A model generated the notes under the pieces. It was given only the letters and a program-made list of their open reading frames with translations. It was not told where the DNA came from and made no database searches. A DNA stretch of 63,740 bases, filler included, from Octopus bimaculoides (lineage: Eukaryota): assembly GCF_001194135.2 (NCBI RefSeq). It is 6 parts of 6 records of this genome, joined end to end, with 100 filler letters (N's around TTAATTAATTAA, not from the genome) between each part and the next. Parts side by side here need not be neighbours in the genome. Positions count along the whole stretch, not along the records: positions 42,268 to 55,051 come from NC_069001.1; positions 55,152 to 62,589 come from NC_068991.1; positions 62,690 to 63,740 come from NW_026305047.1; 3 more parts are not named here. One strand, given 5' to 3'. The stretch's first letter is position 1, and every line of letters starts with the position of its first letter. The translations under genes were made by a program, and so were the position numbers. Shown here piece after piece: positions 50,026 through 63,135 of this stretch.

Positions 50026-50063
50026 CTGTTACTCAGAGTTTCACATTCCTGTTTGTCAGACAG
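50026..50063 (-). ncRNA. Minimal type I hammerhead-like motif, core mutated (CTGACAA)
   Basis: On -: CTGT CTGACAA ACA GGAA TGT GAAA CTC T GAG T A ACAG; helix I CTGT/ACAG, helix III ACTC-T-GAGT, GUA triplet. Confidence 0.55.
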
Positions 50064-50176
50064 TTGTGATGAAAANNNNNNNNNNNNNNNNNNNNNNNNN
50101 NNNNNNNNNNNNNNNNNNNNNNNNNNNNNNNNNNNNNNNNNNNNNNNNNNNNNNNNNNNNNNNNNNNNNNNNNNNA

Positions 50177-50207
<31 letters not shown>

Positions 50208-50454
50208 GTCTATGAGTGTGTGTGTGTGTGTGTGTCTTAGTCTCTGTGTTTGTCCCTTACTACCGCCTGAAAACCAGTGTTGGTATGTTTATGCCCCTGT
50301 AACTTAGTAGTTTGGCAGAAGAGACCGTTGGAATAAGTACAAGACTTAGATAAAAAGTTCTAGGGCCGATTTGTTGGTCTAAAGCTCTCCAAAGCAGTGC
50401 TCCAGCATGACCAGTCAAATTACTGAAACGCGTAAGAGAAATAAAAGATATATA

Positions 50455-51045
50455 TATCATCATCATCATCATCATTTACTGTTCGTTGTCCATGCTGGCA
50501 TGGGTTGGACGGTTTGACTGGGCTGGCACACTGGAAGGCTACACCAGAGTCCTGTCTGATTTGGCACGGTTTTCCATGGCTGGATGCTCTTCCTAATTCC
50601 AACCACTCCAAGAGTGTAATGGGCGTTTTTACTTGCCATCAGCACAGGTACCCTTTGTGTGACACCGGGGTGTGTTTACATGTCACCGGCACAGGTGCTA
50701 ATTTGCGTGACACCGATAACTGCCTCGACTGCTACTTTGCTTGGCTTGATGGGTCTCCTCCTCTAGCACAACATAATGCCAAAGGTCTTCATAGTTGCCT
50801 CCTTGAGGCCCAACACTCGAAAGGAACACAGCCACTGTGAGGCCCAACGTTCAAAAGATGTTCTTTATGTGCCACCAGCATGGTTGCATTTGACTTTACA
50901 GGTCCTCTGAAGCACAGCACATCACCAAAGTTCTCGGTCACCAGTCATTGACTCTGTGAGGCTCAGAGTTTGAAGATTATGCTTCACCACCTCATCCCAT
51001 GCCTTCCTGGGTCTACCTCTACCACAAGTTCCCTCTGAAGTTAGC
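50455..51045 (-). mobile_element. RTE LINE 3' end: ORF2 C-terminus + 3' UTR + (GAT)n tail
   Basis: EGTCGRGRPRKAWDEVVKHNLQTLSLTESMTGDRELW*CAVLQRTC contiguous with the GGAAGAGCATCCAGCC tail. Confidence 0.85.
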
Positions 51046-53499
51046 TATTGGCACTTCTTTACACAGTTGTCCTCATCCACTGCAGTCGTCTCTCTTGCAC
51101 ACCACCTCTGATGCCTATTTGGTTAAAAAAACACAATGTACTTCAGAATTAAGTAAAATGAAATCAGCCACAAGTGGCCAAGAAGGAAACAGATGTGCAT
51201 TTCACCATTGTTGTTGCTTGTCAATGCTATGTGTTCCAATTACTTTCAAAAGAAGATTCAGTTGGCAACTCTGAAGTACATAGAGCCTATATAAATAATA
51301 CACTGATTTGCAATGATGTCATATTTGGCTGATTAAAATTCGAATTATGTAGTTGAAGCAGCTCAAAAGTAAAATGTTTATCTATATTACAAGATGAGCA
51401 GAAACTCACAACAAAGTGAATGGACAGTTGCAAGAAAAACTCATGTGAAACAAGTGTTTTGGTCTTTTTGTTCCTGACATTCTAAAAGAGCTAGGCCAAT
51501 ATAGATAGTGACTCTTATGTTTCCACCTGCTGTTACTTAAATGCTACTCTTAATGGGAATTGAATTTCGAACCTTTTGGTGAATTAATCACTCAGCCTCA
51601 AAGATCACCACATGAACTTGCATGTTTCAAACTGGATTTCCTTCCTTTAATGTTTATTATCCAGCTATATTCCTTTTCAGTTCCATCTATCGTTCCTGCT
51701 CACCCATTATTGCATTCAGCTCTTCTCAGCTGTTCCTGATAGACATTTCTTTGTTGCTATTCTTTTGTGAGTTTTGATTCTGAGTTGACCTAGCAGTTAG
51801 CACATGGACCCTGCAACAAAGCCCTGTCTTTACTGTGCAATGGTACCTCTACTTTGCTAGATCTTTTTCCAGGTCATTGTACTTTTACATCTTGAATTGG
51901 TGTTATTCCTCTCCTCAGCTCTCATAAAGAAATTAGCTCAACCAAGATGATTCTGGTGCTTGATTTCAACCAAAGGACAATATTTGGTCTTTGTCCTTTG
52001 ATATAGATGAAATTTAGATAGTTTTATGTCAGTCTAAGAAGTTGGCATATATATTCCATTCTCTTTCAATAGAAGCAGCTCTAGAGTAAAATGTATATCT
52101 GTATAACAAATATATATTTGTGTGTGTGCATGTGTTACTTAAAATGAATGAAAGATAAAGTACTCATTGCCATAGTAAAATATATTAGCATATTTACATT
52201 GATCCAAAGAGCTGTTACTGTGGAGCTTCCTGGGCATGCTGCTAATTCCTCAGGCATGAATAGAATGGATAGTGGATTAAGTTGTAACACCCAGTGTTTC
52301 ACTCTCGCATTTTCCTAGCCTGAGGCATGTCTTCCATGTAAACAGGTCTGTTGCAAAAGTAAGTTTCTTACAATTTAACCAATTATTTATACCATTCTAA
52401 TAGTCATCATAATGAGATGAGCAATATATTGACGTAATGTCAGGGTAACAGGCAGCTAGTTCAGACTAAATAGGTAAATCAAGCATCTGCATGTGTGTGT
52501 GTGTGTGTGTGTGTGCGTGCGCGTGTGTGTATTTATGTGTATATGTGTGTATATGTGTGTGTTCATATATATATATCTATATATATATATAAAATGCTTG
52601 AGATCATCATCATCATCATCATCATCACTTAACATTTGCTTTCCATGCTGGCATGGGTTATACATACAGTTCACTGCAAGGCTGTTTGTTGAGCTCCAAT
52701 ATCATCTTTGACATGGTTTCTATGGTGGGATGTCCTTCCTAACCCCAACCACTTTACAGAGTGGACTGAGTACTTTTTCATGCCACCAGCACTAATGAAG
52801 TTGCCATGTAACTTGGGAGACAGAAAAGAACAGGAAAAAGGGAAGGGAAAAGATCCCATTTCTAAGAGGAAGGAGGGAAAGGTGGAGATGGCTGGCTATA
52901 TGCCAGGTGTTGAAAGGCTAAATAAGATATGATTGAGGGACAAGCACAGGTGTCTTGCTCTTGAGGATATGGATGGCTGAAGGAGATAAAAGGGAAGTGA
53001 CAGGGAAGTTTCTACTTATTGCCAGTCAGACAATATCTTAGATTATATTTCTTTTTAAGCCATATTTACCGATTGGTGGAGCAATGTGTATGCAAAGTAG
53101 ATGTGGTGGATGGAAAAAGAAAAGTGGTTGAATAAGGAGAAGGATGGAATATATCTATAGGGTGGATGTGGAGAGGAAAGGAAGGTAAAGGCGATTTTAC
53201 TGGTTTGACAGAAAAAAGGGTTATGTTGAATTGATAGCGTCTGTTGAGTTTGTTACATTTAGGGAGAAGGGCTGCAGTTTTATATTATTTTTTAGGTTTA
53301 TACGAGTGTACACATAAATCCAGTTAAAATTATATAAAAGTTCCAGTGGCAAATATGCCAAATTCCAGTTACAAATTATTCGTTAAATGAAGATTTTTCT
53401 TAGATCTTTTCAGAATTTTTATTGGTAATACATTACAGGTGGGTATTATAGTATATTTAGGGTTCGTACCAGAACATTTATAGAAATATACATGTGACA

Positions 53500-53850
53500 G
53501 GTTAGATTTGTATCAATGCCTAATCAAAGTAAAAGTTTTGCAAAGTGGGTTGCTTAGATGCCTGTGTTAATTGCGACTCTTATATTAGTAGAAAGATAAA
53601 GTTCTACCACTCAGATCCAATAGTTAGTTCCTTTGAAATAAGCTTTCATTTTGTCACCAGGTGTAGTACTTGTGGTGATTGACAGAGTTTACCAGAAATC
53701 ACCAGAAAGTAAAACTGTATATTCATCTTTAATGTTACATCTGAGATCTTGTAATATGTGATTGATGTACACCAGTACAAGTTTGGGGAGTATACTTGAC
53801 GCATTACATAATTTCCATTTGGCTTGTTTCAGAGCCCCTCAGTGTGCTAA
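53500..53850 (-). pseudogene. Possible highly decayed APE-endonuclease LINE fragment
   Basis: KLCNASSILPKL...VLLSGDFW* loosely resembles the WNARS and GDFN motifs; many stops. Confidence 0.2.
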
Positions 53851-54669
53851 GATCCTTTGTCAGGAATGCCTGCAAAACTGTCATTTTGCGCAGGATTAAC
53901 CAAGAGACAGCTTGAGAGAAATATGAGCAGTTCAGCCAGCTGTGAGCATATTTGCAACAGTTTCAGACGAAGTCCCTGCAATAACAGTCTGCTTGATTCA
54001 ACAAGCATTTTGTTAATTAAGAAAGCTTCCTTTCCACCATAAGCATCAAGGAAAACTATCCAGGTTGAATCAAATATCACTAATTGTATCATTTTTTAGA
54101 GCCAAGTGTAATTCATTTTGGTGGACATACTGTTAAATATCAAGGATGCTTGCCTAGTTGAATGTCATAGGCAGTTGCCTAAAATATCTCTCAACTAAGA
54201 GCTGCAGCTGTTGTTTATACTGGACCTGGCAGTTTGCATTCTCTAGATTTTTGCTAGTAATGGAATATAAAGTATTTTCAAGGCAGATCAGTGCTTCATT
54301 GTATGTCTCAGAGGTAAACTCTTGATCTGAAGTTTTTCACTTTTCTTGCACTTGATCAATAGGTCATTTGTCATGCCTGCCCAACAGGTGATTAATTAAA
54401 TTGTTGAGGATTGGTTGGTGAACGCTCACCATCTTCCAAGTAGTATATTCTCTTCTTATATTTGCAGTATGCTGCACAGATATTTTAGCAAGTGCATTTG
54501 AGGTGCAGCAATGAGATCTCATTAACAGTATAAAACAATCAAAACATGGAGGACAACAATATACATGTAAGTTGGAAAACTATGGACACCTACATTAATA
54601 CATTAACATATGATACTTATATATATTTGCATATACATATATGTGGGTGTGTATGTATATATATATATA

Positions 54670-55051
54670 TGTGACGCTTTAGATACAAATAATTACAGAG
54701 GCATCAAGCTGTTAGATCAGGTTATGAAAGTTACAGAGAGGGTCATAGCCCAACTAATTAGGGAGCAAATCAATTTAGATGAGATGCAGTTTGGGTTCGT
54801 GCCAGGTAAAAGCACTACTGATGCCTTATTTCTAGTGAGACAGTTGCAGGAGAAATACCTAGCTAAGGATAAACCTCTGTACCTGGCTTTCATTGACATG
54901 GAGAAAGCCTTTGACAGGGTCCCCCGATCCCTTATCTGGTGGTCAATGAGGAAACTTGGGATAGAAGAATGGTTAGTGAGAGCTGTGCGAGCCATGTACA
55001 GAGATGCTGCCAGTAAGGTGAGGGTTGGAAATGAGTACAGCAATGAATTCC
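54670..55051 (+). mobile_element. RTE-clade LINE reverse transcriptase fragment (uninterrupted, cut by a gap)
   Basis: NYRGIKLL, QFGFVPGKSTTDALF and LYLAFIDMEKAFDRVP motifs; ~127 codons without a stop; begins abruptly after (TA)n. Confidence 0.92.
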
Positions 55052-55151
55052 NNNNNNNNNNNNNNNNNNNNNNNNNNNNNNNNNNNNNNNNNNNNTTAAT
55101 TAATTAANNNNNNNNNNNNNNNNNNNNNNNNNNNNNNNNNNNNNNNNNNNN

Positions 55152-55392
55152 CACCCTTCGTGTTTGGCGTTGAAGTGTTGGTCAAGGGCCAACCTCGCCG
55201 CCAAAACGTCGGATGCGATGCCACTTCTAATTGCCTCTTCTAGCTTCTTAACTAGTTCACCCTCTACTCTGTTTCTGTCTTTGGCTAGTGCTTTGCTATA
55301 CCTAACCGCTTCTGCTTTTATTGCTCTCTTGAGGGCAAACCACCATTTGTTATTGATGATGGCTCCTGTCAAAGCCCTCTTTACTAACGTGC

Positions 55393-55393
<1 letters not shown>
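55152..55393 (-). mobile_element. Tx1/L1-clade LINE ORF2 linker fragment
   Basis: STLVKRALTGAIINNKWWFALKRAIKAEAVRYSKALAKDRNRVEGELVKKLEEAI... resembles the helical endonuclease-RT linker (W..LK..IK.....YS); it lies on a different contig from the RTE RT. Confidence 0.55.
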
Positions 55394-55458
<65 letters not shown>

Positions 55459-55684
55459 CGTGCTCTAGTTTTCTTTCAGCATTTCACGTATCCCTTTTTC
55501 TGTTTTAGTTCGTTTTTGGCTTATTCTACTCGTAAAAATACTATATTATTTTCCACGTCCTTTTTTTTCTCCCACAGTTGCTATAACTTATCTATGTTGA
55601 TTTTCGTATTTTTGTTTTGCGTTTACTATATCAAACCCGTCAATCCTTAAAAGCATTATTTCATATGTGTTCATTCCCCTAGAG

Positions 55685-56010
55685 CAGGGTTTCCCAACAT
55701 GGGGCATACACCCCACCAGTGGGGCCTGAGAAAACTGTGGTGGTGCATTGGAGCCATTTTACCCAGCACACATACTACATCCTATACTCAGCCTAGCCAA
55801 ACCAATCCTTGCAACCAAGTGTACTATGTGAAGACTGTTCGCTACAGTATAGTGCCTTTCTAATGCCCTAGTGTGGATATTTCTTTGATGAAAGTATATA
55901 ATTATTAGAAGTCAATAAATTATTAATCTTTTTATGTATACCACTGGTGGGGCATACATTTTCCCGAAAAGTTATAGTAGGACCTGGGAAAAACAGGTTG
56001 GGAAACACTG
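55685..56010. mobile_element. hAT (Charlie-like) MITE, 326 bp
   Basis: TIRs CAG(G/T)GTTTCCCAAC 13/14; TSD CCCTAGAG / CTCTAGAG (7/8), fitting the NTCTAGAN target preference. Confidence 0.85.
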
Positions 56011-56479
56011 CTCTAGAGCTTCGAGTTTTCCCTCGGGTGTCGAAACTACGAAAATCCCTAGATGTACAGCCGATGAGAGTTGATATGTCTTAAATGTGTT
56101 CTCTTCATCTTTTTAATCTTAATTTCTCAAACACAAGTGTGTTTATGTGCGCGTGTGTATGTATGTGTGTGTGTGCGTGTGTGTATGTGTATACGTGGTA
56201 ATTATCTATATATGCATGCATGTGTAAAAGAGAAAAAGAGTGGAAGGTGAGAAGGTTAAATAACAACTACTACTCCCACAACTACTACATCTAATGCTGC
56301 TGCTGCTACTACTACTACTTCATGATAGCACTTGTGCAAGGAATAAATCGAGAAGTTGTATCTAAACCAGATATGGGCAATCGCTTTTCGTGAAGCGAGC
56401 CGCATGAGACATGTCACATCATCAGGTGAGCCACACAACTAAAACAAAATTAAAGACAATTTTTTTTTTCTTTCGCCGT

Positions 56480-56720
56480 GCCGTTCAGAAAGTCGCGCAG
56501 ACCACATGCAGCATACAATCCGCAGTTTGCTCGCGACTGATTTTAACATTTGGAATATATGCAGTTATAACAGAAATAAAACGACCGAACCATTCAAACC
56601 GCCCAATAATTACTGACTACAGCCGATAGATGTACTAGTTTCCGGTCTGCATTTCCTGACTGCGTTTCCGGTTTGCTCACTTCATCTGATGGATCACACT
56701 AGACAGCTCAGACTCATTCT
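56480..56720. promoter_or_regulatory. CpG-retaining promoter-like segment
   Basis: Unique sequence with many CGs and two TTTCCGGT (ETS-like) motifs; no transcript evidence. Confidence 0.25.
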
Positions 56721-56843
56721 CTCAGTTTGACTAACAGACGTATTTTCTTTCTATATCTGTTTATATTATACATACAAATATACATACATATACTTTCTCT
56801 CTGTCTCTCTCTGTCTCTCTCTCTCTGTCTCTCTCTTTCTCTC

Positions 56844-56888
<45 letters not shown>

Positions 56889-56894
56889 CTCTCT

Positions 56895-56939
<45 letters not shown>

Positions 56940-57165
56940 ACACACACGCACATTATATTATATTATATTATATATTTATATAATATACACATGCATATCA
57001 TAAATATATATTTATATATATATATGTATACATATAAATATATATATATCTATATANNNNNNNNNNNNNNNNNNNNNNNNNNNNNNNNNNNNNNNNNNNN
57101 NNNNNNNNNNNNNNNNNNNNNNNNNNNNNNNNNNNNNNNNNNNNNNNNNNNNNNNNNNNNNNNNC

Positions 57166-57290
57166 CTTGGGCAGGTGTCTTCTACAAAAGCCTCGGGCCG
57201 ACCAAAGTCTTGCCAGTAGATTTGGTACACGGAAATTGAATGAAGCCCGTCGTATATATAAGTATATATATATGTGTGTGGGTATATATT

Positions 57291-57337
<47 letters not shown>

Positions 57338-57525
57338 TGCTATCGCTTATCAGCTGATGTTGGTATGTTTATGTACCCGTAACTTAGCGGTTCGACATAA
57401 GACACCGATAGAGTAAGTACTAGGCTTACAAGGAATAAGTCCTGGTGTCGATTTCTTCGACTGCAACTCTTTAAGGAGATGCTCCAGCATGGCCGCAGTC
57501 AAATGAGTGAAACAAGTAAAAGACT
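57166..57525 (+). mobile_element. SINE family B, head cut by a gap
   Basis: CORE-like segment, (TG)n and complete tail. Confidence 0.8.
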
Positions 57526-58894
57526 ATATATATAGAGAGAGAGAGTTAAACTCCATTTATTTATTTATATACATTATACAAAATATTTCACATCAACCCT
57601 GAGTTTCTACCTTTACAAACAAGGTGTTGCGTCCTTATTACTTGTGTGATTTTTGCTGCCCTGATAACTGTTTATCTATTTTGCCCGTGTTAACTGTAAA
57701 CAAGGGAAAAATACACACATCCATTTATATATANNNNNNNNNNNNNNNNNNNNNNNNNNNNNNNNNNNNNNNNNNNNNNNNNNNNNNNNNNNNNNNNNNN
57801 NNNNNNNNNNNNNNNNNNNNNNNNNNNNNNNNNNNNNNNNNNNNNNNNNNNNNNNNNNNNNNNNNNNNNNNNNNNNNNNNNNNNNNNNNNNNNNNNNNNN
57901 NNNNNNNNNNNNNNNNNNNNNNNNNNNNNNNNNNNNNNNNNNNNNNNNNNNNNNNNNNNNNNNNNNNNNNNNNNNNNNNNNNNNNNNNNNNNNNNNNNNN
58001 NNNNNNNNNNNNNNNNNNNNNNNNNNNNNNNNNNNNNNNNNNNNNNNNNNNNNNNNNNNNNNNNNNNNNNNNNNNNNNNNNNNNNNNNNNNNNNNNNNNN
58101 NNNNNNNNNNNNNNNNNNNNNNNNNNNNNNNNNNNNNNNNNNNNNNNNNNNNNNNNNNNNNNNNNNNNNNNNNNNNNNNNNNNNNNNNNNNNNNNNNNNN
58201 NNNNNNNNNNNNNNNNNNNNNNNNNNNNNNNNNNNNNNNNNNNNNNNNNNNNNNNNNNNNNNNNNNNNNNNNNNNNNNNNNNNNNNNNNNNNNNNNNNNN
58301 NNNNNNNNNNNNNNNNNNNNNNNNNNNNNNNNNNNNNATATATATATATATATATATATACCGCTGCAGAGAATCACAAGAACGATAGACGCATTTCGCC
58401 TTTGTTGAGACTTGTCAATGCCGTGCAACCGATTCTCATTCGTAACTCTCATACATAGGAAACAGTGAGTAAAATAGTCACTGGTAAAATAAAATAGTCA
58501 CTGGCAAGCGGAAGCTCTCCCCACCGCCCACTGTAGGAAAATCTTGGTGTACACAAGCGAAACAGTATTTTAAGTTAACGTTCTTTCAATTGCGTATATA
58601 GCGTTTACATATGCATGTGTGTGTTTGGGGACGGTCTGTGTATGTGTATACATGCGTGTGAATGTATGAATCTCCGTACGTATTTATAAAGGAATGCGTA
58701 CATACCTATAGAGATACATATAAGTATACACCCATATCTGTTTCTCTTTCTCGGCGGTTGTTTCTCTGTGTATTTGTATATACATATGTGTGTGTGTGTG
58801 TGTGTGTGTGCATTTGTGTTCATGTCTGTGTCAGTGTCTCTATATGTAGGTACGCGCGTATCTGTATATGTATCTATATATGTATATATGTATT

Positions 58895-58957
<63 letters not shown>

Positions 58958-59017
58958 NNNNNNNNNNNNNNNNNNNNNNNNNNNNNNNNNNNNNNNNNNN
59001 NNNNNNNNNNNNNNNNN

Positions 59018-59060
<43 letters not shown>

Positions 59061-59062
59061 GT

Positions 59063-59120
<58 letters not shown>

Positions 59121-59266
59121 CAGACAGATAGATAGACGTGTGTATACACTGTGTTCGTTTATATCAATACAGAAAACCGTTTATGTATGTATATATGTAT
59201 ATATGTATATATGTGTGTGTGTATTTGTGTATGAGTATTTGTAATATATACAGAGAGAGGGAGAGG

Positions 59267-59327
59267 GAAGAAGAAGAAGAAGAAGAAGAAGAAGAAGAAG
59301 AAGAAGAAGAAGAAGAAGAAGAAGAAG

Positions 59328-59356
<29 letters not shown>
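59267..59356 (+). repeat. (GAA)30 pure trinucleotide tract
   Basis: Directly visible. Confidence 0.95.
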
Positions 59357-59359
<3 letters not shown>

Positions 59360-59449
59360 TATGTGTGTCCAGATATACACACACACATTTGTGTATCTGT
59401 GTAGAGGCTTATGTATGTGATATGAGTTTGGCGAACGTTTGTGTGTGTG

Positions 59450-59484
<35 letters not shown>

Positions 59485-59495
59485 GNNNNNNNNNN

Positions 59496-59532
<37 letters not shown>

Positions 59533-59681
59533 CGCGCTCCTATGAATGCGTGCGTGTGTGAACGTGCGTCTGCATTCAGAGATATATTATTGTACCCTAT
59601 CTTTCAGCAGTGAGAAAGAAAATGTCACAAGAATAACGACAACAATAACTACAACAACAACATCAACACAACAGCAACATC

Positions 59682-59722
<41 letters not shown>

Positions 59723-61154
59723 CGATAACAACAACAATGACAAGGAGAGTGATATAATGTTTGATGTGTACATATTTCCCGGCATTTGTGCTCTATACTC
59801 TCTAACATTAACAAACGTTAAATGTTTTATGCTAGTCATATACAGACACCCGCGCGCACACTAACACACACACACACACACACACACACGCATATGCACA
59901 CACACACTCACACACACAGACACACACACACACGCACATGCACACACACACTCAGACACACACACACTCAAGCACACGTGTACACGCAAACATGCATGCA
60001 CACAAATATCATCTGNNNNNNNNNNNNNNNNNNNNNNNNNNNNNNNNNNNNNNNNNNNNNNNNNNNNNNNNNNNNNNNNNNNNNNNNNNNNNNNNNNNNN
60101 NNNNNNNNNNNNNNNNNNNNNNNNNNNNNNNNNNNNNNNNNNNNNNNNNNNNNNNNNNNNNNNNNNNNNNNNNNNNNNNNNNNNNNNNNNNNNNNNNNNN
60201 NNNNNNNNNNNNNNNNNNNNNNNNNNNNNNNNNNNNNNNNNNNNNNNNNNNNNNNNNNNNNNNNNNNNNNNNNNNNNNNNNNNNNNNNNNNNNNNNNNNN
60301 NNNNNNNNNTATATATACACACATATATATGTAATTATGTGTATAGATATTTATACATGCATATATATATATATATATATATACATTGTATGTGTGCATA
60401 TATGTACGTATGTGGTGTTCTTTTACGTGTGTGTTTGTGTATGCGTGCGTGCGTGTGCGAGTGTGTATCTGTGTGAGTGTGCGATGAAGGAGAGAAGCTA
60501 CCAATCGTTGAGACCTGGAGTTTTATTTTTTTTTTTTGACATGGAAATTACTGATGCATGAAAAATTGTTGAATTAAATATGAACCCAGAAGAGATGCAC
60601 CGCTGTTACTGCTGTTACTGTTGTTGTTGCTACCGTTGCCACTGCTGCTACTGCTGCTGCTGCTGCTACAGTTGGTATTTATCTCAGAGCTGCATTGATT
60701 CAATATATCTTATGATCTATGTCGTTCCAGAAATGTCCATCCATATCGTGTTTTTTGTATATTTATGTTTTCATTACATTATCGAATGTCCTTTTAGAGA
60801 TGGTTGCGTTTGATTTGAATTATTTGGTCTCTATTTTTAGCAGTGTCACTAACCACATATAGGCAATCTCCTTATTGTTGCTGTAGCGTTTGTATTGTTG
60901 TCTTTAGTCTGAAACATAACGACCTTGCACGTCCCTTTTTCTCTTTTTTCTTCTTTTCCTGTTTTTCAAGGCAAAATGTAACCATACTTCCATTCCGAAG
61001 TATTCCCTTTCTTCTCTCTATCTTTTTCTAGGACATTACATTATGAGTTAAGGGATCACCGACGGCCATCTGATTCTAGGAGAAACAAATGTACCCTGAA
61101 ATGCAGCGTTGCCTAAAAGAACACTTATTTCCTTTCCAATACAGCAGACGTATC

Positions 61155-61587
61155 TTTCTTTTCTACTCTAAGGCACAAGGTCCGAAATTTGGTGGGAAGA
61201 AGCTAGTGGATTAGATCAACCTCAGTACGCAACTGGTACTTAATTTATCGACCCCAAAAGGATGAAAGGCAAAGTCGAACTCGGCGGAATTTGAACTCAG
61301 AACGCATAGACAGACAAAATAGCGCTAAGCATTTCGCCCGGCGCGCTAACGTTTCTTATTTCTTTATTGCCCACAAGGGGCTAAACATAGAGGGGACAAA
61401 CAAGGACAGACAAAGGGATTAAGTCGATTACATCGACCCCAGTGCATAACTGGTACTTAATTTATCGACCCCGAAAGGATGAAATGTAAAGTCGACCTCG
61501 GCGGAATTTGCACTCAGAACGCATAGACAGACAAAATACCGCTAAGCATTTCGCCCGGCGTGCTAACGTTTCTGCCAGCTCGCCGCC
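61155..61587 (-). mobile_element. Tandem pair of SINE family C (full type 1-tail copy 61353-61587 fused to a head-truncated type 2-tail copy)
   Basis: Two consecutive Meta-like domains with different tails. Confidence 0.88.
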
Positions 61588-61919
61588 TTTCGAGAGGTGT
61601 ATCTTAATGGATATATATGTCTTTGCGACAACGTTGCAGTTTCCAGATCATATGTTAAACTCACGGACAAACTGCAACTAGCGGGACTTTCTAATATAAA
61701 ATTACCTTGAATTTTTTTTAGAAGTGCGGCGCCCCTGATGATGAACCATGTCTTATGCAGACATCTCCTTCTAAAAGGTTATTTATGTTAAAGACTGATG
61801 TTTCTGACTTCAGCGTTCTTCACAGAAAATGGTGTTGTTTCTACTTCCTCTTTCACTAAGATAAACACAATACTTATCTCCCTTACTTGTCATCCTTTAA
61901 AAACCATTTACTACCTGCC

Positions 61920-62286
61920 GTGGAGGCGCAATGGCCCAGTCGTTAGGGCAGCGGACTCGCGGTCATAGGATCGCGGTTTCGATTCCCAGACCGAGCGTTG
62001 TGAGTGTTTATTGAGCGAAAACACCTAAAGCTCCACGAGGCTCCGGCAGGGGATGGTGGCGAACCCTGCTCACTCTTACTTCCTGTTTCTGTTGTGCCTG
62101 TAATTCAAAGGGTCAGCCTTGTCACACTCTGTGTCACGCTGATCTCTCCCGAGAACTACGTTAAGGGTACACGTGTCTGTGGAGTGCTCAGCCACTTGCA
62201 CGTTAATTTCACGAGCAGGCTGTTCCGTTGATCGGATCAACTGGAACCCTCGAGGTCGTAAGCGACGGAGTGCCAACAACAACAAC
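61920..62286 (+). mobile_element. SINE family A with internal deletion
   Basis: Lacks the GTACTCTTTCACCACAACTTTCT segment present in the other two copies; no clear TSD. Confidence 0.9.
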
Positions 62287-62537
62287 TGTATAATGTCAAT
62301 TTGCGTTGTGTACGGAAATGTATTTCTTCATAGAACTAATGCAAAGATAATCTTTTTAATAAAATTCTCACTAAAACGTACTCTGATGGTGGTGGTAGTG
62401 GTGGTGGTGGTCGTCGTCGTCGTGGTTATTATCATTAAGGCAGAGAGCAGGCAGAATTGTTAGTACACGGCCGGACAATAGGCTTAGTAGTATGGCCGCA
62501 GTCTAATGACTGAAACAAGCAAACGGTAAGATAAAAG

Positions 62538-62589
<52 letters not shown>

Positions 62590-63135
62590 NNNNNNNNNNN
62601 NNNNNNNNNNNNNNNNNNNNNNNNNNNNNNNNNTTAATTAATTAANNNNNNNNNNNNNNNNNNNNNNNNNNNNNNNNNNNNNNNNNNNNGGGTTAAAGCA
62701 AATTTAAAATGAAAAAAGCAAATAAAACGAAGGTATGGAGATTAAATACGCTTTACATCGCTTAATCAGCCAAAGGAGTAAATGTAAACAACTGAATACT
62801 TGTCAGTGATTGGTTGAAATTATCGAAATAAGACAATTTTTTACATGAAATAAATTCGAATACAAAAATATTTTTCTGTTCTATAACACAAAATAGATAA
62901 GTATACGAAGTTTGAAAGTCTTTCCGTACCAAAAACACTACGTAAAACATTAATGAAAAATGTGGCCCCCGTTTTAAAAAAGATCCCAATTATATTGTAA
63001 TTACACTGTTGCAGTCTGTTCGTTTATCCACAAGGATGTAACACCTGGCGACGAGGATCGTTCGACACTCACATTGTTTATTTGACAATTTCTGCGTCAT
63101 GGAAAACCTATTAGCTGCAGTAGTACTGCTTCAAG

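Noticed and set aside
54610-55403. One continuous LINE spanning the RT and the 90-aa reverse ORF
   Set aside because: The two pieces are on opposite strands, resemble different clades and are separated by an artificial spacer.
56371-56435. Hammerhead-like CTGATGA T GTGA...TCAC GAAA on -
   Set aside because: Position 17 would be G and no helix I can form; probably chance.
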